A stretch of 64,000 bases of DNA from Euryarchaeota archaeon UBA462 (GTDB lineage: Archaea > Thermoplasmatota > Poseidoniia > Poseidoniales > Thalassarchaeaceae), in assembly GCA_002506755.1 (NCBI GenBank), contig DAYD01000001.1, positions 8,768 to 72,767 of the forward strand. The letters are read 5' to 3'. A program made the translations under genes and the position numbers. Positions within the stretch are counted from its first letter, which is position 1; the number at the start of each line of letters is the position of its first letter. This document shows, piece after piece, positions 62,241 to 64,000 of the stretch. The notes beneath the pieces are model-generated. The model was given only the letters and a program-made list of their open reading frames with translations. It ran no database searches and was not told the DNA's origin.

Positions 62241-63422
62241 ATGCTTAATCTCGAGCCAATCACTTGCGGCAGAGTGGTGCAGTGGTCATTACCCCCCTCA
62301 AAAAGTCATATGATTCGATGGTTGATGCTAGCTTCTCAATCATCTGGCTCCGTAGCATTGAGGTTTTCAGAAATTCCCGGTGCAGACGTCTCAGCCATGG
62401 CAGACTGCCTTGAGTCAATGGGGGCTAAGATCGTTCGAAAAGATGGTGAATGGACAATCTCCGGAGTTGGAAGGAGGGGTTTCGAATCACCCAATAAGCC
62501 CCTAAACTGCGGTAATTCTGGGACTACTGCTCGTTTCCTAATGGCCATGGTGGCTGGAATCGGCGAAAATATCCGCATAGATGGGGATGATTCGCTTAGA
62601 GGCAGGGACATGTCAATTGTTGCTGGGGCGTTGAGGGATCTAGGGTGCTCGGTATCTGGGGACTCACTTCCGCTAACTGTGCAGGGACCTATAAAATCCA
62701 GCACGGCTAGGATAGATCTTAGCTCCTCCAGCCAACCCTTGTCTGCGATGCTATTGGCCTCGCCCTCCTTCCCTTTCGCTGTGAGACTGGAGACTCACGG
62801 GAAGGGAGTAAGTAGGGGCTATTTCCAGATGTCATTAGAAATTGCAAAGATATGTGGTTCTAAAAATCATTCTTCATCTGGAGAAATACATATTATACCG
62901 TGGGAGGTGAGTCTTCCTGATTCAATTAAAATGCCCACAGAAGACAGTCTTCTACCCATTGCGATGTTAATTTCGGAGCTACACGGGGCTAAATTGGAAT
63001 TAAACAGTAAAACGTCAATTAGTCCGGCAATCAATTGCCTAATGAATAAATCAGAGTTGCTAAATCTAAGAGATGAGAGTGACTTGATATGCCCTGCATC
63101 TGTTCTCATGGCATTAGGAAATGGGGGTAAAATTTCTGGAGCAGCCCATTCGAGGGGAAAGGAGTCCAACAGGGTTGAGTCGACACTGTACCTCCTCAGA
63201 TGTTTTGGGATGGATGCAAAGGCTACAAGCGATGGCTTGGAAATACCTGGCAATCAATCCCCCAGTCGACCGAAAAAAGAAGTCGACACCCATCTAGATC
63301 ATCGCCTAGCAATGACTGCCATGGTACTTTCGAGCAAATTTGGTGGTTCAATAATGAATCCGGAGATCTGCTCAGTCAGCGACCCCGGATTCATAAACAG
63401 GCTACTGCAACTGGGTGCATAG
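62241..63422 (+). CDS. aroA: 3-phosphoshikimate 1-carboxyvinyltransferase (divergent)
   Basis: PPSKS, GNSGTTARF, GDDSL..R.M, SSQ, R.KESNR, DHRLAM. Confidence 0.85.
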   Translation: MLNLEPITCGRVVQWSLPPSKSHMIRWLMLASQSSGSVALRFSEIPGADVSAMADCLESMGAKIVRKDGEWTISGVGRRGFESPNKPLNCGNSGTTARFLMAMVAGIGENIRIDGDDSLRGRDMSIVAGALRDLGCSVSGDSLPLTVQGPIKSSTARIDLSSSSQPLSAMLLASPSFPFAVRLETHGKGVSRGYFQMSLEIAKICGSKNHSSSGEIHIIPWEVSLPDSIKMPTEDSLLPIAMLISELHGAKLELNSKTSISPAINCLMNKSELLNLRDESDLICPASVLMALGNGGKISGAAHSRGKESNRVESTLYLLRCFGMDAKATSDGLEIPGNQSPSRPKKEVDTHLDHRLAMTAMVLSSKFGGSIMNPEICSVSDPGFINRLLQLGA

Positions 63423-64000
63423 ATGGCTTTTAGAGATAACTTTGGGACTCATTTCCTGCTTCTAGTTGCTGCGATAATATGGGGGACAACATGGGCCGCG
63501 GGCAGATTCTTGAGCTTTGGCCTAGGAAACGAGAATAATGCATCTTTAGAGCCTGCAACCTCAGCATGGCTGAGGTATGCATTCGCTACCTGCGCCTTCT
63601 TTGCCCTGTTCATGATTAGGAAAGGCTCGGGTGGCTTCAGATTTTTTCCGGGGGACATGGAATCATGGAAATTCTCAATATGGCTCGCGATTTTTGGAAC
63701 CATGTGCTATCAGTTATTCTTTATGCATGGGATGAAGTGGACAGCGGCGGGAGATGCATCTCTAATTGTCTCTCTAAATCCAGTATTTACCGTTCTGTTA
63801 GCTTCACCAATACTGGGACAGAATGTTTCGGCAAGAATGGCACTTGGCCTACTAGTTGGAATCTCCGGAGTTTTCGTTGTAGTTGGTTGGAGTCCGAACT
63901 CGGAAATTCCATTCGATCATAGATTGGTTGGGGACTTGTTTATTTTGTTTGCAGCTGTATGTTGGGCAGCCACTAATAATCTAACCAAGCTATTATTGTC
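63423..64000 (+). CDS. EamA/DMT family transporter (runs off the window)
   Basis: Manual translation MAFRDNFGTHFLLLVAAIIWGTTWAAGRF...WLRY...TAAGDASLIVSLNPVFT...GDLFILFAAVCWA; open to the window end. Confidence 0.88.
   Translation, partial: MAFRDNFGTHFLLLVAAIIWGTTWAAGRFLSFGLGNENNASLEPATSAWLRYAFATCAFFALFMIRKGSGGFRFFPGDMESWKFSIWLAIFGTMCYQLFFMHGMKWTAAGDASLIVSLNPVFTVLLASPILGQNVSARMALGLLVGISGVFVVVGWSPNSEIPFDHRLVGDLFILFAAVCWAATNNLTKLLL

Noticed and set aside
63665-63922. 85-aa plus-strand ORF and the 63449-63703 minus-strand ORF at the window end
   Set aside because: Alternative frames within the EamA transporter that starts at 63423

Overview
A very compact, gene-dense archaeal chromosomal segment with no mobile element, prophage or CRISPR array visible. 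Archaeal informational genes (PolD DP1, rpl37e, rpl44e-rps27e-aIF2a-nop10-PAC2, NOB1, NMD3, Csl4, archaeal TyrRS) sit alongside many bacterial-type genes (GyrBA, SufS/SufE/SufBCD, class II CCA enzyme, enteric-type PurF, long bacterial-type HMG-CoA synthase, RmuC, M23 peptidase) and large membrane-anchored extracellular proteases (S8-CARDB and HExxH-PKD). This mix points to Thermoplasmatota, most likely Marine Group II / Ca. Poseidoniales (inference from gene content). Three intronless tRNAs (Glu-TTC, Val-TAC, Ser-GCT) all encode CCA. I added five genes missing from the ORF track: a partial DUF59/SufT gene, rps27e, a CcmD-like gene, a Cys-rich microprotein and a partial EamA gene. The most unusual items are an exosome Csl4 fused to a CxxC-x17-CxxC zinc domain and an RRM; a fused ccmAB-ccmC-ccmD cassette; a rhomboid directly upstream of a 1.6-kaa membrane-anchored subtilase, both with C-terminal Cys/Zn motifs; a minimal SerK-like ParB/Srx protein; a GcvH homolog lacking the lipoyl-lysine; and a membrane-anchored glutaminyl cyclase divergent from surface proteins. 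All family calls come from motifs recognised by eye; no database search was run.
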